In this document: positions 24,518 through 37,246 of the stretch, in pieces
Numbering within the stretch: the stretch's first letter is position 1
Layout: every line of letters begins with the position of its first letter
DNA from: Squalus acanthias
Taxonomy: Eukaryota
Direction: 5' to 3'
Length of the DNA stretch: 64,000 nucleotides
Assembly: GCA_030390025.1 (NCBI GenBank)
Contig: CM059431.1
Span: forward strand, 111,168,001 to 111,232,000
Translations under genes and position numbers: made by a program
Notes under the pieces: generated by a model
Told to the model about the DNA's origin: nothing
Databases searched by the model: none
What the model saw: the letters and a program-made list of their open reading frames with translations, nothing else

Positions 24518-25239
24518 ACTTCAGAGACTTGAGCACAAAATCCAGGCTGATACTCCAGTGCAGTGCTGAGGGAGCTGTTGTCTTTTGAATGAGACGTTAA
24601 ACCAAAGTCCCCACCTGCCCTCTCTTAATAAAGTGTAAAAGATCCCACGGCACTATTTCGAAGAAGAGACGGGAATTTCTCCCCGGTGTCCTGGCCAATA
24701 TTTATTCCTCAACCCACACCTAAAAACAGATTATCTGGTCATTATTACATTGCTGTTTGTGGGAGCTTGCTGTGCGCAAATTGGCTGCCACGATTCCTAC
24801 ATTACAACAGTGACTACACTTCTAAAGTACTTCATTGGCTGTAAAGCGCTTTGAGACATCCTGAGGTCATGAAACGCGCTCGAGAACTCCAAGTACTTTC
24901 GTTCTTGATTCTGCCACTAAGCTGAGCATATACCATTTGAAATAAAGATATCACAAGAAGATTATTAAACTTACCCATTGAATAGTATTTTCTCTGTGAA
25001 ATACCTGTAACAGTGTTTTCTCTTGAAAGACAATGCCGGTGCAAAAGGCCTGAGCTTGCATTTCGTCCAGATTTCCAGAGCCATCAATGTTGATTGAAGG
25101 CCGCAACTCCGAAAAATGTCCCTGTAATTATAACTTCCATCATTTGGAAGTCTCTGGGCAAGTGCCAATGAAATGAACGGCAGGCGCTGTTCGTTCACCG
25201 CTGACTGCAAAATTGAGCTAAATGTGAATTTTTCTTTTT

Positions 25240-25780
25240 ATTCATTCATGGGATGTGGCATCACTGGCAAGGCCAGCATTTATTGCCCACCCCTAATTGC
25301 CCTTGAGAAGGTGGTGGTGAGCCGCTTTCTTGAACTGCTGCAGTCCGTGTGCTGTTAGGGAGGGAGTTCCAGGGTTTTGACCCAGCGACGATGAAGGAAC
25401 GGCGACATATTTCCAAGTCAGGATGGTGTGTGGATGGGGTGCCAGTCAAGCGGGCTGCTTTGTCCTGGATGCTGTCGAGATTCTTGAATGTTGTTGGAGC
25501 TGCACTCATCCAGGCAAGTGGAGAGTATTCCATCACACTCCTGATTTGTGCCTTGTAGATGGTGGAAAGGCTTTGGGGAGTCAGGAGGTGAGACACTAGC
25601 GGCAGAATACCCAGCCTCTGACCTGCTCTTGTAGCCACAGTATTTACGTGGCTGGTCCAGTTAAGTTTCTGTTCAATTGTGACCCCCCAGGATACTGATG
25701 GTGGGGGATTCGGCAATGGTAATGCGTTTGAGTGTCAAGGGCATTGACTTGACTCTCTCTTGTTGGAGATAGTCATTGTC
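25240..25780 (-). mobile_element. Jockey-group (L2/CR1/Crack-like) LINE 3' fragment
   Basis: GVTIEQKLNWTSHV...TIYKAQIRSVMEYSPLAW RT C-terminus followed by the tail seen at 5381. Confidence 0.85.
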
Positions 25781-26090
25781 CTTCTCACCCCTTCTGTTTC
25801 TCAACTCTTTTCTGTTTCTCTCTGATTATATTTTTTTCTCTCTCTCTTCTGGTTTTCTTTCTCTCTCTTTCTGATTAATATTCTGTTGTTCCTTGACTTT
25901 GCTTTTTTCCCCCTCCAATTCTAGTTTGCTCACATTCTCTCCTTTTATGGTTCGCTCTCTTTCATTTTCTGGTTTACTCCTGCTCTCCTTGCTCTCTCCC
26001 CCATCTTTTTCCTCTTTCTCTCTACCTCTCTCTCCTGTTATTTCTTCCTTGGGGGTGTGGGGGTGTGGGGGGGTGGGGGTGGGGATGTGG
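25781..26090. repeat. Pyrimidine-rich low-complexity tract ending in G-runs
   Basis: CT-rich sequence followed by (GGGGGTGT)-like runs. Confidence 0.75.
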
Positions 26091-27257
26091 CTGCGAGGAA
26101 CACAAGCTTTGGAACAAAACAGAATTCTGCAGAGACAAGGGATGGAAGTCCTGGGAGTGGTAGGACTGCTGTGGCAGCAGAAGCAATTGGGCTGGGTCTG
26201 TTGAGACAATTTGGAGTTGGCGAGACCGTTTTAGCAGCAGTGGGAGTGATTGACATTGGGGCCATTGCTGCAGCAGGAGAGAATGAGCTGATGCCAATGT
26301 AGCCACTAGGGATGGGCAATGAATTCTGGCCTTGCCAGCAACAACCACACCCCGAGAATGAATGAAGAAAAAGTTCTCAATGTACAAAAACCATGTCCAT
26401 AAACTTGTTCAGTGAGAGTACTCGAGAAAGCTGCAGGATGAAACATTTTACCACTTTATTCATCATCACATAGTCATGAATCACGAATCAAATGCAATGA
26501 TGAACTCTCGGTGCTTTACACTCAGTCCCAATCCGCTGAAGGGTGCATCTACAGCTCCAATAATCCTTTCATTGCTCTCAATTTATTTCCGTTTTGTACT
26601 GGACCCGATTTTTTCCCCCCAAATTATCCTGGCTCCGTTCTGCTCAAAGATCAAACAGTGGGAGACTTAAACATAAATTTGTGTCTTGGCCAATGTTGAT
26701 TGAAACCGCACATCTTGAAGCTTCTTGTTCTCACATTTCCCGTTCCACCTGGGACCCTACGGGGTTGCTCACTGTTGCTCCATGCTCCCCACCCACTTCA
26801 CTCTCTGGGTTTTGAAAAGGGCACCCGGTGCTGCTATCGTGAGACTCACCCCCCGCCCCAACCCCCCACCCCTCCCACCCTTTCCCAGTTTTCAAAATCT
26901 CGGGAATAGTAATGGAAAAGGAAAATGTTTTATTTTGGAAATCTACAAATTCACACTTTTTATGCAGAAGTTCCCTAAAAAAATGTGAATTTGAGACAGG
27001 ATGCCCGTCCTTGGGGAATTATACCCCTAAAGATAGTCATTGAATAGTGGTGGAGTCAATTAAAATATTATTAATTTACTACTCAAAGCTGCGTTTCAAT
27101 GCAACCCACGACCAAGGCACGAAGGGCTCCTCATTCTGCCAGCTGTGGCATTCCTAAGAGAAATAACTCGTGACAAATTTTGAGCTAAATCCTAGTGGTC
27201 GTGGCAGCACAAAGCTGCTCATAATTCAGCACCAATTTCCAGTCACATTCAGGAAGA

Positions 27258-27411
27258 CTAAAAGACGTAGGGAGTGGAAATTATGTCATAGGCGGTGTTT
27301 TTCTGAGAATTGGGGTAAGACGACTTGTTGGGGAAGATCGGTAGTACCACAGGAATCCCCTCTGGAAGATTGTCCCACATCCTTCCTTGAGTTCCTGCGC
27401 AAATAGGAAGC
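27258..27411 (-). CDS. Candidate host terminal coding exon (LPICAGTQGRMWDNLPEGIPVVLPIFPNKSSYPNSQKNTAYDIISTPYVF*)
   Basis: Unique sequence, TTCAG acceptor with a weak pyrimidine tract, 50 open codons to TAG; protein not recognised. Confidence 0.3.
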
Positions 27412-28171
27412 CTGAAGCTATGTTGTTACTTACGATCAAAACATTTTATCAATTTGCTATGCCAATAATCTAGCGGAAATATCTAAAATAAAATTTGTTG
27501 ACAGCTATCCAGCTGTTCCTTATTTTTCAGTTTTCGTACCTCCTTCGGTGAAAGTAATGTCTCATGCTAAGGTACAGTTACACTAGCACCAACAGACTGC
27601 AGGTTTGATCTCTGGTTCGTATGCCTCAGTACCACATCAGGTGCTTCATTTAACACTTGGATCTCTACCTTTTCTAAACTAAAAATAATATGGGCAGGGG
27701 TTGATTGAATGGCGTTGGGCCAGAGGTAGTTACTGTCCACTCTGCCTGTAGCTCTTATTGATTTTTACAGTATTCCTTTGTCACGATTATTGTTTAAATG
27801 GATGCAGAAACGTGATTTGTCCTAATCTATTTATGCTTAGCAAAAAAGAAATACAGTCATAATGTAATGTGTTTGTTAAATACATTAAAGCCTTCCTTTT
27901 GTCAAGTTAGTGTTGCATGGATTGATTAATATTCAAACATTCCCTCATTATGTCACGGTGTATAGGTATTTCACTATAAAGTGTAATCATCTTAATGTGC
28001 GTATTTTTTCAGCACTTTCTGTTTATCAGCCTTGATTTTCCAATTGGCATTATAGTAACACTGATATTATCCCATTTATTTTAAATGGATTAGCATGAAC
28101 GAAATGATCAGAAAATCTAGCCTGCAAGTATGCGGTTGAAGTGTTGGTTGGAAGTCCTGGAAGGAAGATCT

Positions 28172-28312
28172 TTGTTTTTTTATTCGTTTATGGGATGTGG
28201 GCGTCGCTGGCAAGGCCAGCATTTATTGCCCATCCCCTAATTGCCCTCGAGAAGGTGGTGGTGAGCCGCCTTCTTGAACCGTTGCAGTCCGTGTGGTGAA
28301 GGCAGTCCCACA
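28172..28312 (-). mobile_element. LINE 3' end fragment (family of 5381), followed by a DeuSINE tail fragment to ~28420
   Basis: Reverse complement of 5410-5556. Confidence 0.8.
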
Positions 28313-28732
28313 GTTTTGCCTACACAAGAACAGTGACTACACTTCAAAAGTAATTCATTGGCTGTAAAGCACTTTGGGAATGTCCTGAGGATGTAAAAGG
28401 CGCGATAGAAAATGTAAGTCCTTTTACCCCTTTTAGGCAAAATTTGGAGCATGGGAATGCTTGGAATGCAAATCATCTTTGAACAGGTTTGAACATCAAG
28501 ATAAGGTGTCTGGTCTAATAGGAAAGTGCTTCCATTTAATTTTCTGCATATTGTTTGTGTTATTTAGGTAGCATTTGCAGTTTTATTTTGTTTTTTCTTC
28601 ATTTCAATGTTGATATATAAAATTACAAGAGAGGACTACAACGCCATGCGTTTGAATTACACACTTCTTTTTAATAATGCTGTGTAGACATGAAAGGTAA
28701 AAGAAAATAGTTAATATGAGAACAATGCAAAA

Positions 28733-29195
28733 AAAAGAAAAATTTGCATTTAAATAGATCCTTTCACAATCTCAGGACAACCCAAAGCACTTTCTAGCCA
28801 ATTAAGTACTTTTGAAGTGTAGTCACCATAGCAATGTAGGAAACGCGGCAGACAATTTGCGGACAGCAAGCTCCCACAAACAGCAATGTGATAATAACCT
28901 GATAATCTGTTTTAGTGATGTTGATTGAGGGTTAAATATTGGCCAGGACACCGGGGATAACTCTCCTGCTCTTCTTCGAAATAGTGCCATGGGATCTTTT
29001 ACGTCCGCCTGAGAGAGCAGACAGGGCCTCAGTTTAATGTCTCATCTGAAAAACGGCACCTCTGACAGTGCAGCGCTCCCTCAGTGCTGCACTGGAGTGT
29101 CAGCCTAGCTTTTTATGCTCAAGTCTCAAGTGGGATTTGAACCCACAACCTTCTGACTCAGATGTGATAGTGCTTCCAACTGAGCCACTGGCTGA
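28733..29195 (-). mobile_element. Full-length DeuSINE (SacSINE1-like)
   Basis: tRNA-like head with A/B-box-like motifs (TGGCTCAGTTGG, GGTTCAAATCC), Deu core, L2-type tail. Confidence 0.85.
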
Positions 29196-29686
29196 CAAAG
29201 CTTACATCGTTATTATTAATAACAATTAAGAGTCCATCATACAGTTGTCAAGGAGGTTATCCTTCAGAGCACTTGTTAAAGAATGATCCAGGATTTGTGC
29301 CTTGGAGAATATTTATGACTAGCTTGTAAAACCTTGATTGATTGCCATCAAATGAGTCAAAGAATCACAGGGTCTTATGCTAAGGGATTGAAGAAACAGA
29401 TCCCTTGGGCTCGATTTTGTCATTGGGGCGGGCTGGGGGCGTGTCATCCGCTTTTCGTGTTAGCCACCCGACTCCAATTTGATGTGGGAAAAATATGCGA
29501 TTTTCCCCTAATTGGGCAATTGATTTCCAGCGTGTGGGAACCCCTGGCCCAATTAGTCTTTCCATTCTGAAACTCGCCTCCGATGATGTCATCAATGCTG
29601 CTGGATTTAAGGCCTGCAAGCAGCCTTGCTTCTTCTGCAGACTGCAAACCTTTTGGCCTTTGCTCTGATAGTTTCTTCCAGGCAAA

Positions 29687-31692
29687 ATGTCCAGCAGTAG
29701 ACCTAAGTCTGCACCGAGGTTTGATGACGCCGCCCTGCAAGCTCTGGTGAAGGGAGCAAGAGGGAATAAGGAGGTGCTCTTCCCTTCTTCAGGGAGGAAG
29801 AAGCCTCCCCAGCAGACGAAGGCTGTGTGGATGCAAGTGGCCCAGGAGGTCAACTCGTTATCTATGTGCCGCAGAACCTGGCTGCAGTGCAGAAAGAGGT
29901 TTCATGACCTTCTGCGCACTGGAAAAGTATGACTTTCCCATCACCCTCAATCTGATCCCCATTGCCTCTCCTCACCAGCACTCAGCTTTGACAACCTCTT
30001 CCTCCACATCCCACTTGACACTGACATCCCTGCACCCTTACCCATTCCCTCTCTCTGTATGTTAACATTCACTTAACTATTCGACTATGCAGCCCTCGCA
30101 CTCCCTATCGCTGTGATGCTATGAAAACAACTTATAAAACACAGGGAGGGCCATTAGTCTTGGCACCTCACTGAATCTTTTTTGTCTCCTTCTAGGCATC
30201 TATGCTATGGATTCTCTACACTCACTCCTTCATTCTCACTCAAACTCCACTTGTCTCCCTCATTGCAGGAAAAGAGAGCTCACAATAAGATGGAAAGAGC
30301 GAGGACAGGAGGAGGGCCACCCTCAGTAGCCCAGCTCACCCCCTGGGAGGAGGCGGCCCTGGAGATCGTGGGAGTGGAGGACGATGCGCAAGTGGGGGAC
30401 GGACAGACGGGTGCATCAGAGCAAGCTGGTGACAGAATAGTTTTTCATCTCTCTCATTGACATTGCATGAGTCACTGATAATGATTTTAATGCTCTAACA
30501 GATTGACTTATGATCATCTGCAATATTCAATGTGCATGTAACCTTGGACTCACATCTCTGACTCTTTCCTTTACTCCCCCACAGGACCATCGAAAGCCCC
30601 CGTCCCCACTATCCAGGAGGAACAGCCTGAGCCTCCAGACACTTCAGAGGAAGCTGCAACCTCTGAGGGCGCAGCGTCAGCAGAATTCAGCACACCCAGC
30701 ACCAGCGCAGACACTCACACCTCGGTGGTACCTTCGCGAGATAGAGTAGTGTTGTCACCTGGTGTATCACAGCTCACAAGTGAGCATCAGCAGATGGTGG
30801 AGACAGGGACAGCTGTGGAGAGTCCTAGTCGGAGGGCGCAGGACTCTGCCAGCTCTGCTCAGCTGCATGTCAACCCTCTGCCTCCGGGTCCATCCAGAAG
30901 AAGAGCGGTGCTGGAACTCCAGAAAGAGGTGCAGGAGTCTCTGGCAGGTTTTGTCTCCAGGGTCGCTGCGAGTGTGGAGCGAATGGAGGAGTCCATCGCT
31001 AACATGAGCAGAGCCTTTGTGGAGGCGTTGGCGCATGAACGGATCACCATGGAAAGGATGGCAACCTCTGTGGAAAGGATGGCTACCTCCATGGTAAGGC
31101 TGGCTACCGTAGAGGAGAGGATGGCTATGGTAGAGGAGAGGATGGCTACGTCCATCGAGGAGCTTAGTCGCCAGGGTATGGAAAACATGGCATTGTTCAG
31201 AATAGACTGACATCTCTTGAGGAGCGATGGTTAGCTATTGAGCAAACAAACCAGACCTTCAGGCAAGTCCTCTGGAGTAGGACTTCCAGTACAGAAACGG
31301 GTCCTCATGGCCCCCCTGAAGTGCAGCAAGGTGCTGTCAAGCCACTTACTAGCTCTGAAGTGGGGCTGACCCATGAGAGGGATGTTCGTGGCAGACAACA
31401 AGGAAGTGGGGGCTCCTCTCCAAGCGTTCACACGACCATGCCATTGCAAAGTCCTCAGTCAGAGCCCCACCAGAGTCCCCACCCAACTGAGATCGGCGTC
31501 TCAACCCCTGCACAGCCGCAGGAGCAGCAGACTGTTGCCGAGCCCTCACAGGCTCGCAACCCCAGAGGACGCCCGCCAAAGGTGTCAAGACAGGAGCAGC
31601 AAGAAAGTGATCAAGGGGCCTCCACATCTGCTGAAGCCACAGGGGAAGCACCACGTAGGAGCACACGTAAGAGGAAGATAATGCACAAGTAG
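29687..31692 (+). pseudogene. Harbinger Myb/SANT protein, three exons (29687-29926, 30269-30428, 30585-31692), ~500 aa, single 1-bp frameshift near 31191
   Basis: Exon phases 0 and 1 join in frame; SANT/trihelix motif, RTGGGPP, heptad repeats, basic C-terminus RRSTRKRK; AATAAA at ~31760. Confidence 0.88.
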
Positions 31693-31944
31693 TCACAAGG
31701 GTAGTCACTTGGGTAAAATGTCATGTTTAATGTTGAAAAGTCATCAGTTGGTTATTGTAAATAAAAAATTCTGATGGCAACTGTTGTGGCGTCTGTCATA
31801 TCGCTAATGGGACTTCCACACTGAGGGCTTAGGATGACTTGCAATTGTCAGTATGGTGGTCAGAGTGATAGGAATCCGCAGGTTCTTGGCCATTGTCGAT
31901 GGTCTGATAAGAAGGTGCGAAGCAAAAGTGTTTGATTGTGCAGG

Positions 31945-32171
31945 CTAAGCAAATCTGGCCAAGAGGAGTGCGTCCCTTGCATCCCGGGCAGCAATGTGGT
32001 CGCGCGCTGGCGCCTTCTGGCCTGTGCAGCTTCAGGTGGGTGAGCAGCAGCTTGGCGCTCCTGTTGTTGCTGCTGCTGTTGGTGATGCTGTTGTTCATGG
32101 ATCTGTTGCTGCCACGGCTGGTCTTCGTCTGAATCTGATGTCCAGGAGGAAAGGAAATAAATGGTTCCCAT
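31945..32171 (-). pseudogene. Transposase remnant: polyQ N-terminus fused out of frame to the last ~20 codons
   Basis: Collinear with copy 3 on both sides of a junction at 32006-32014. Confidence 0.9.
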
Positions 32172-33032
32172 GCTTCTGGTATATGCCTCAGTTGAGGAAG
32201 TGCTCATTCAAGGTGGCGAGAGGGGTTTCCCAAGAGGTCACACTGGAGCTGGGTGTCAGGCTCCAAACTTCCACAATAATGGGTATGCCTGCTAAAAGTT
32301 CCCCCAGACCTGAGACAACAAAGTTCTGCTACCTGCAAATGATGATTGCTGAAAACTCCTTTTTAATGGTGGAGCTGCAGCTGTTAGTAAGCATTCTACT
32401 TGTGCTGCCACCAGGTTTCACTGGCGTGTTTCAGAGGAGACGTGAACCACGTGGGAAAAGTGTTAAAATCAGAAAGACCTCTCAAAATGGGATTATAGAG
32501 GCACTTAACTGGTTGTTAAGGGCCTTAAGGGCCTATCCTGCCTCTTGGAGGCAGGATGGAGATGGGATCAGAAAACTCGCATTTGGGAAAATTGCTCGGA
32601 GGCGGGATGGAAGTGAGATCGGGCCCGCCCGCCATTTTTTGCGATGTTAACACCTCACACGCCTCCAATCCCGCCTCCTCAGGCCTGGCAAAATCGAGCC
32701 CCTTGAGTCTGTTATTTGCTGACCCAACCCAAAGATCTCCTGGAGTACATTCAGAGGAGTATTAAAGGCTGTGTAATTGGGGATGGGAGTAATTTGTGCA
32801 CCAGTCCAATGTTTATAATGCACCAAAAATGGGAGATACTTTCTGCAAGAACTTTTTTTTGTTTTAGCCAATGTGTATACATTATACCATCTGACTCAGC
32901 TGTATTCTGGAACACTTGGACCCAGCTCAAACATGATGGAAGGCTGGTGAGAAAACATCCAAATTTATTAGAAAGAAGTACAGAACATCATGGCAGAAGA
33001 GATTGCCAATTACCCTGCAACCTTTCCTTACT

Positions 33033-36000
33033 GGAGTGTTTGCTAGTGCTGTTGGGGAGGATTTAAACTAAAGTGGCAGGGGGTTGGGAACCTGAGCAGG
33101 GAGACAGAGGAAAGGGAAACAAGGATAAAAAGCTAAAGACAGGAAGGAGAAAAACAAAAGTAGAAGGCAAAGAACTCAACGGTTTAAATCAAACATAGTC
33201 ACAGTAAATAATAATTCATATAGGTCTGAGAGCGTTAAAAAAACAAGCCTGAAGGCTTTGTGTCTTAATGTAAGGAGCATTCGGAACAAGGTGGATGAAT
33301 TAGCTGCGCAAATAGAGGTAAATGAATATGATTTGATTGGGATTACAGAAACATGGCTCCAGGGTGGCCAAGGCTGGGAACTCAACATCCAGGGTTATTC
33401 AATATTTGGGAAAGATAGGCAAAAAAGAAAGGGAGGTGGGGTAGCATTGCTGGTTAAAGAGGGGATAAACGCAATTGAAAGGAAGGATATTAGCTCTGAT
33501 GATGCGGAATCTGTATGGGTAGAACTGAGAAATAACAAGGGGCAGAAAACGTTAGTGGGAGTGGTATATAGACCTCCAAACAGTAATACGGAGGTTGGGG
33601 ACGGCATTAAAAGGGAAATTAGAGAAGCATGCAGTAAGGGCACAGCAGTCATCATGGGTGACTTTAATTTACATATAGATTGGGCTAACCAAATTAGTAA
33701 AAATACTGTGGAGGAGGAATTCCTAGAATGTTTACGGGATGGTTTTCTGGAACAATATGTCGAGGAACCAACCAGAGATCAGGCCATCTTAGACTGGGTA
33801 TTATGTAACGAGAAAGGATTAATTAGCAATCTTGTTGTACGAGGCCCCTTGGGTCAGAGTGATCATAATATGATAGAATTCTTCATTAGGATGGAGAGTG
33901 AAGTAGTTGAATCAGGACTAGGGTCCTGAATTTAAATAAAGGAAACTACGATGGTATGAGGCGCGAATTGGGTAGGATTGATTGGGGAATGTCACTCAAA
34001 GGGTTGACGGTGGATAGGCAATGGCAAACATTCAAAGACTGCATGGATGAACTACAGAATTTGTTCATCCCAGTGTGGCATAAGAATAAAACAAAAAGGG
34101 TGACTCAACCGTGGCTAACAAGGGAAATTAGAGATAGCATAAGATTCAAGGAGAGGGCATATAAATTGGCCAGAAAAAGCGGAAACCCTGAGGATTGGGA
34201 GCAGTTCAGGATTCAACAAAGGAGGACAAAGGGATTAATTAAGAAGGGGGAAATAGAATATGAAAGTAAGCTTGCTGGGAACATAAAAACTGACTGTAAG
34301 AGCTTTTATAGATATGTGAAGAGAAGAAGATTAGTGAAATCAAGTGTAGGTCCCTTGCAGTCAGAAGCGGGGGAAGTTATATTGGGGAACAAAGAAATGG
34401 CAGACCAATTAAATGCATATTTTGGTTCTGTCTTCAAAAAGGAGGACACAAATAACCTCCCAGAGATGTTGGAGAACATATGGTCTGATGAAAGGGAGGA
34501 ACTGAAAGAAATCAGTATTTGCAGGGAAATGGTGTTAGGGAAATTGATGGGATTGAAGGCCGATAAATCCCCAGGGCCTGATAATCTACATCCTAGGGTA
34601 CTTAAGGAAGTGGCCCTAGAAATAGTAGATGCATTGCTGATCATCTTCCAACATTCGATGGAATCTGGAACTGTACCCATGGATTGGAGGGTAGCTAATG
34701 TTACCCCACTATTCAAAAAGGGTGGTAGAGAGAAAGCGGGGAATTACAGACCGTTAAGCCTGACATCGGTAGTGGGGAAAATGCTAGAGTCCATTATAAA
34801 GGATGTAATAGCTGAGCACTTGAAAAACAGTGACAGGATCGGACAAAGTCAACATGGATTTACAAAAGGTAAATCGTGCTTGACTAAGCTACTGGAATTT
34901 TTTGAGGATGTAACTGGGAAAATAGATAAGGGAGAACCAGTAGATGTGGTGTATTTGGACTTTCAAAAGGCTTTCGATAAGGTCCCGCATAAGAGATTAG
35001 CGTGTAAAGTTAAGGCACATGGGATTGGGGGCAAGGTATTGACTTGGATGGAGAACTGGTTGGCGGACAGAAAGCAGAGAGTAGAAATTAATGGGTCTTT
35101 TTCCGAGTGGTAAGCAGTGACTAGTGGGGTACCGCAGGGATCGGTCCTTGGACCCCAGCTATTCACAATATACATTAATGATCTAGATAAGGGAACTAAA
35201 TGTAATATCTTCAAGTTTGCAGATGACACAAAGCTGGGTAGGAGTGTGTGCTGCGAGGAGGATACCAAGAAACTCCAGGATGATTTGGATAGGTTGGGTG
35301 AGTGGGCAGAAGTGTGGCAGATGCAATATAACGTGGATAATTGCGAGGTTATCCACTTTGGTGTCAAAAACAGAAAGGCAGACTATTATCTGAATGGCAA
35401 TAGATTGGGAGAAGGGGAAGTGCAACGAGACCTGGGTGTCCTTGTGCACCAGTCGCTGAAGGTAAGCATGCAGGTGCAGCAGGCGGTGAAGAAGGCAAAT
35501 GGTATGTTGGCCTTCATAGCGAAAGGGTTTGAGTATAGGAACAGGGATGTCCTGCTGCAGTTGTACAGGGCCTTGGTGAGACCACACCTTGAGTACTGTG
35601 TGCAGTTTTGGTCGCCTTATCTGAGGAAGGATGTTCTTGCCATGGAAGGAGTTCAGCGAAGATTCACAAGGCTGATACCTGGGATGACAGGAATGACATA
35701 TGAGGAGAGATTGGGTCGATTGGGCTTATACTCGCTGGGGTATAGAAGAATGAGAGGGGATCTCATCGAAGCATATAAAATTCTGACAGGTCTGGACAAA
35801 CTAGATGCAGGAAGAATGTTCCCGATGGTCGGAGAGTCCAGAACCAGGGGTCATAATCTAAGGATAAGGGGTAAGCCATTTAGGACAGAAATGAGAAAGA
35901 ATTTCTTCACCCAGAGAGTGGTGAACCTGTGGAATTCTCTACCACAGAAGGTAGTTGAGGCCAAGTCATTAAATATATTCAAAAATGAGTTAGATATATT

Positions 36001-36155
36001 TCTTAAAGCTAAAGGTATCAAGGGATATGGGGAGAAGGCAGGTACAGGGTACTGAGTTTGGATGATCAGCCATGATCTCATCGAATGGCGGAGCAAGCTC
36101 GAGGGGCCGAATGGCCTACTCCTGCTCCTATCTTCTATGTTTCTATGTTTCTATG
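33033..36155 (+). mobile_element. Young CR1 LINE, 5'-truncated at the end of ORF1; ORF2 has one frameshift (~33915) and one stop (35111-35113)
   Basis: APE and RT ORFs 33258-33929, 33956-35113, 35117-36055; (TTTCTATG)n tail; possible TSD TTACT at 33028-33032 and 36156-36160. Confidence 0.95.
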
Positions 36156-36576
36156 TTACTTGTACAGGGGACAGAAGTGTATCAGTATCAGAGTGCAGGT
36201 GTATTGGTTTATAGTACATGATGTGGAGATGCTGGCGTTGGACTGGGGTGGACAAAAATGAGAAGTCGCACAACACCAGGTTATAGTCCAACAGATTTAT
36301 TTAATTTTACAAGCTTTCGGAGCTGTCGCTCCTTCCTCAGGTAAGTTAGCAGTGAGAGAATCTCCCAGAATTCACAATTTAAACACAGACAAAATCTATT
36401 CAAATATTTCCCTACATCAAAGACACACTAAGAGCACAGCCAAGACAATGAGATGTGGCCCAGGGGGTCCAACGTGTCAAACCACCTGCTGGCTGCATAT
36501 CCTGTCAATTTGTGTTGGTTTCTTGTGTTAGTCTTTTTAAAAATAAACACCTGGGAAGACCGGCCATGATGTCAAG

Positions 36577-37021
36577 TCACGTTCTGTATCGTGACATGAA
36601 CCCGATATCGCGATTGAGGCCATCCTCATGAGTGCGGAACTTGGCTATCAGTTTCTGCTCTATGATTTTGCGCTGTCGTGTATCCCGAAGGCCGCCTTGG
36701 AGGACGCTTACCCGCAGATCCGAGGCTGAATGCCCCTGGCTGCTGAAGTGTTCCCCGACTGGGAGGCAACCCTCCTGCCTGGCGATTGTTGCGCGGTGTC
36801 CGTTCATACGTTGTCTCAGTGTCTGCATGGTCTCGCCGATGTACCATGCTCTGGAGCATCCTTTACTGCAACGTATCAGGTAGACAACGTTGGCCGAGTC
36901 ACATGAGTATGTACCGTGTACCTGGTGGGTAGTGTCCTCACGTGTGATGATGGTATCTGTGTCCATGATTTGGCATGTCTTGCAGAGGTTGCCGTGGCAG
37001 GGTTGTGTGGTGTCTTGGTTG
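36577..37021 (-). pseudogene. Penelope GIY-YIG endonuclease domain (truncated ORF)
   Basis: PC...CKTC, CDSANVVYLIRC, YIGET, LRQRMNGH, VGEHF, GLN motifs. Confidence 0.92.
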
Positions 37022-37208
37022 CTAACACAAGAAACCAACACAAATTGACAGGATATGCAGCCAGCAGGTGGTTTGACACGTTGGACCCCCTGGGACACAT
37101 CTCATTGTCTTGGCTGTGCTCTTAGTGTGTCTTTGATGTAGGGAAATATTTGAATAGATTTTGTCTGTGTTTAAATTGTGAATTCTGGGAGATTCTCTCA
37201 CTGCTAAC

Positions 37209-37246
37209 TTACCTGAGGAAGGAGCGACAGCTCCGAAAGCTTGTAA
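37209..37246 (+). ncRNA. Minimal hammerhead ribozyme motif (element-sense copy 36307-36344, minus)
   Basis: TTAC-CTGAGGA-A-GGAGC GACA GCTCC-GAAA-GC-TT-GTAA. Confidence 0.8.

Larger units (their letters stand above)
22637..24880 (+). mobile_element. DeuSINE (SacSINE1-like); head 22637-22702 and body 24518-24880, split by an L2 insertion
   Basis: tRNA-like head (GGTTCAGTG...TGAGTCAGAAGGTTGTGG) and Deu core (GTAAAAGATCCCACGGCACTATTTCGAAGAAGAG); collinear with copies at 28733 and 58450. Confidence 0.8.
29407..32701 (-). mobile_element. PIF/Harbinger transposon, copy 2 (3295 bp), transposase core deleted
   Basis: Perfect TIR GGGCTCGATTTT / AAAATCGAGCCC; TSD CTT; orientation inverted relative to copies 1 and 3. 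Confidence 0.95.

Noticed and set aside
25826..26209. Charged 127-aa ORF and its hydrophobic antisense ORF
   Set aside because: Products of CT-rich low-complexity sequence.
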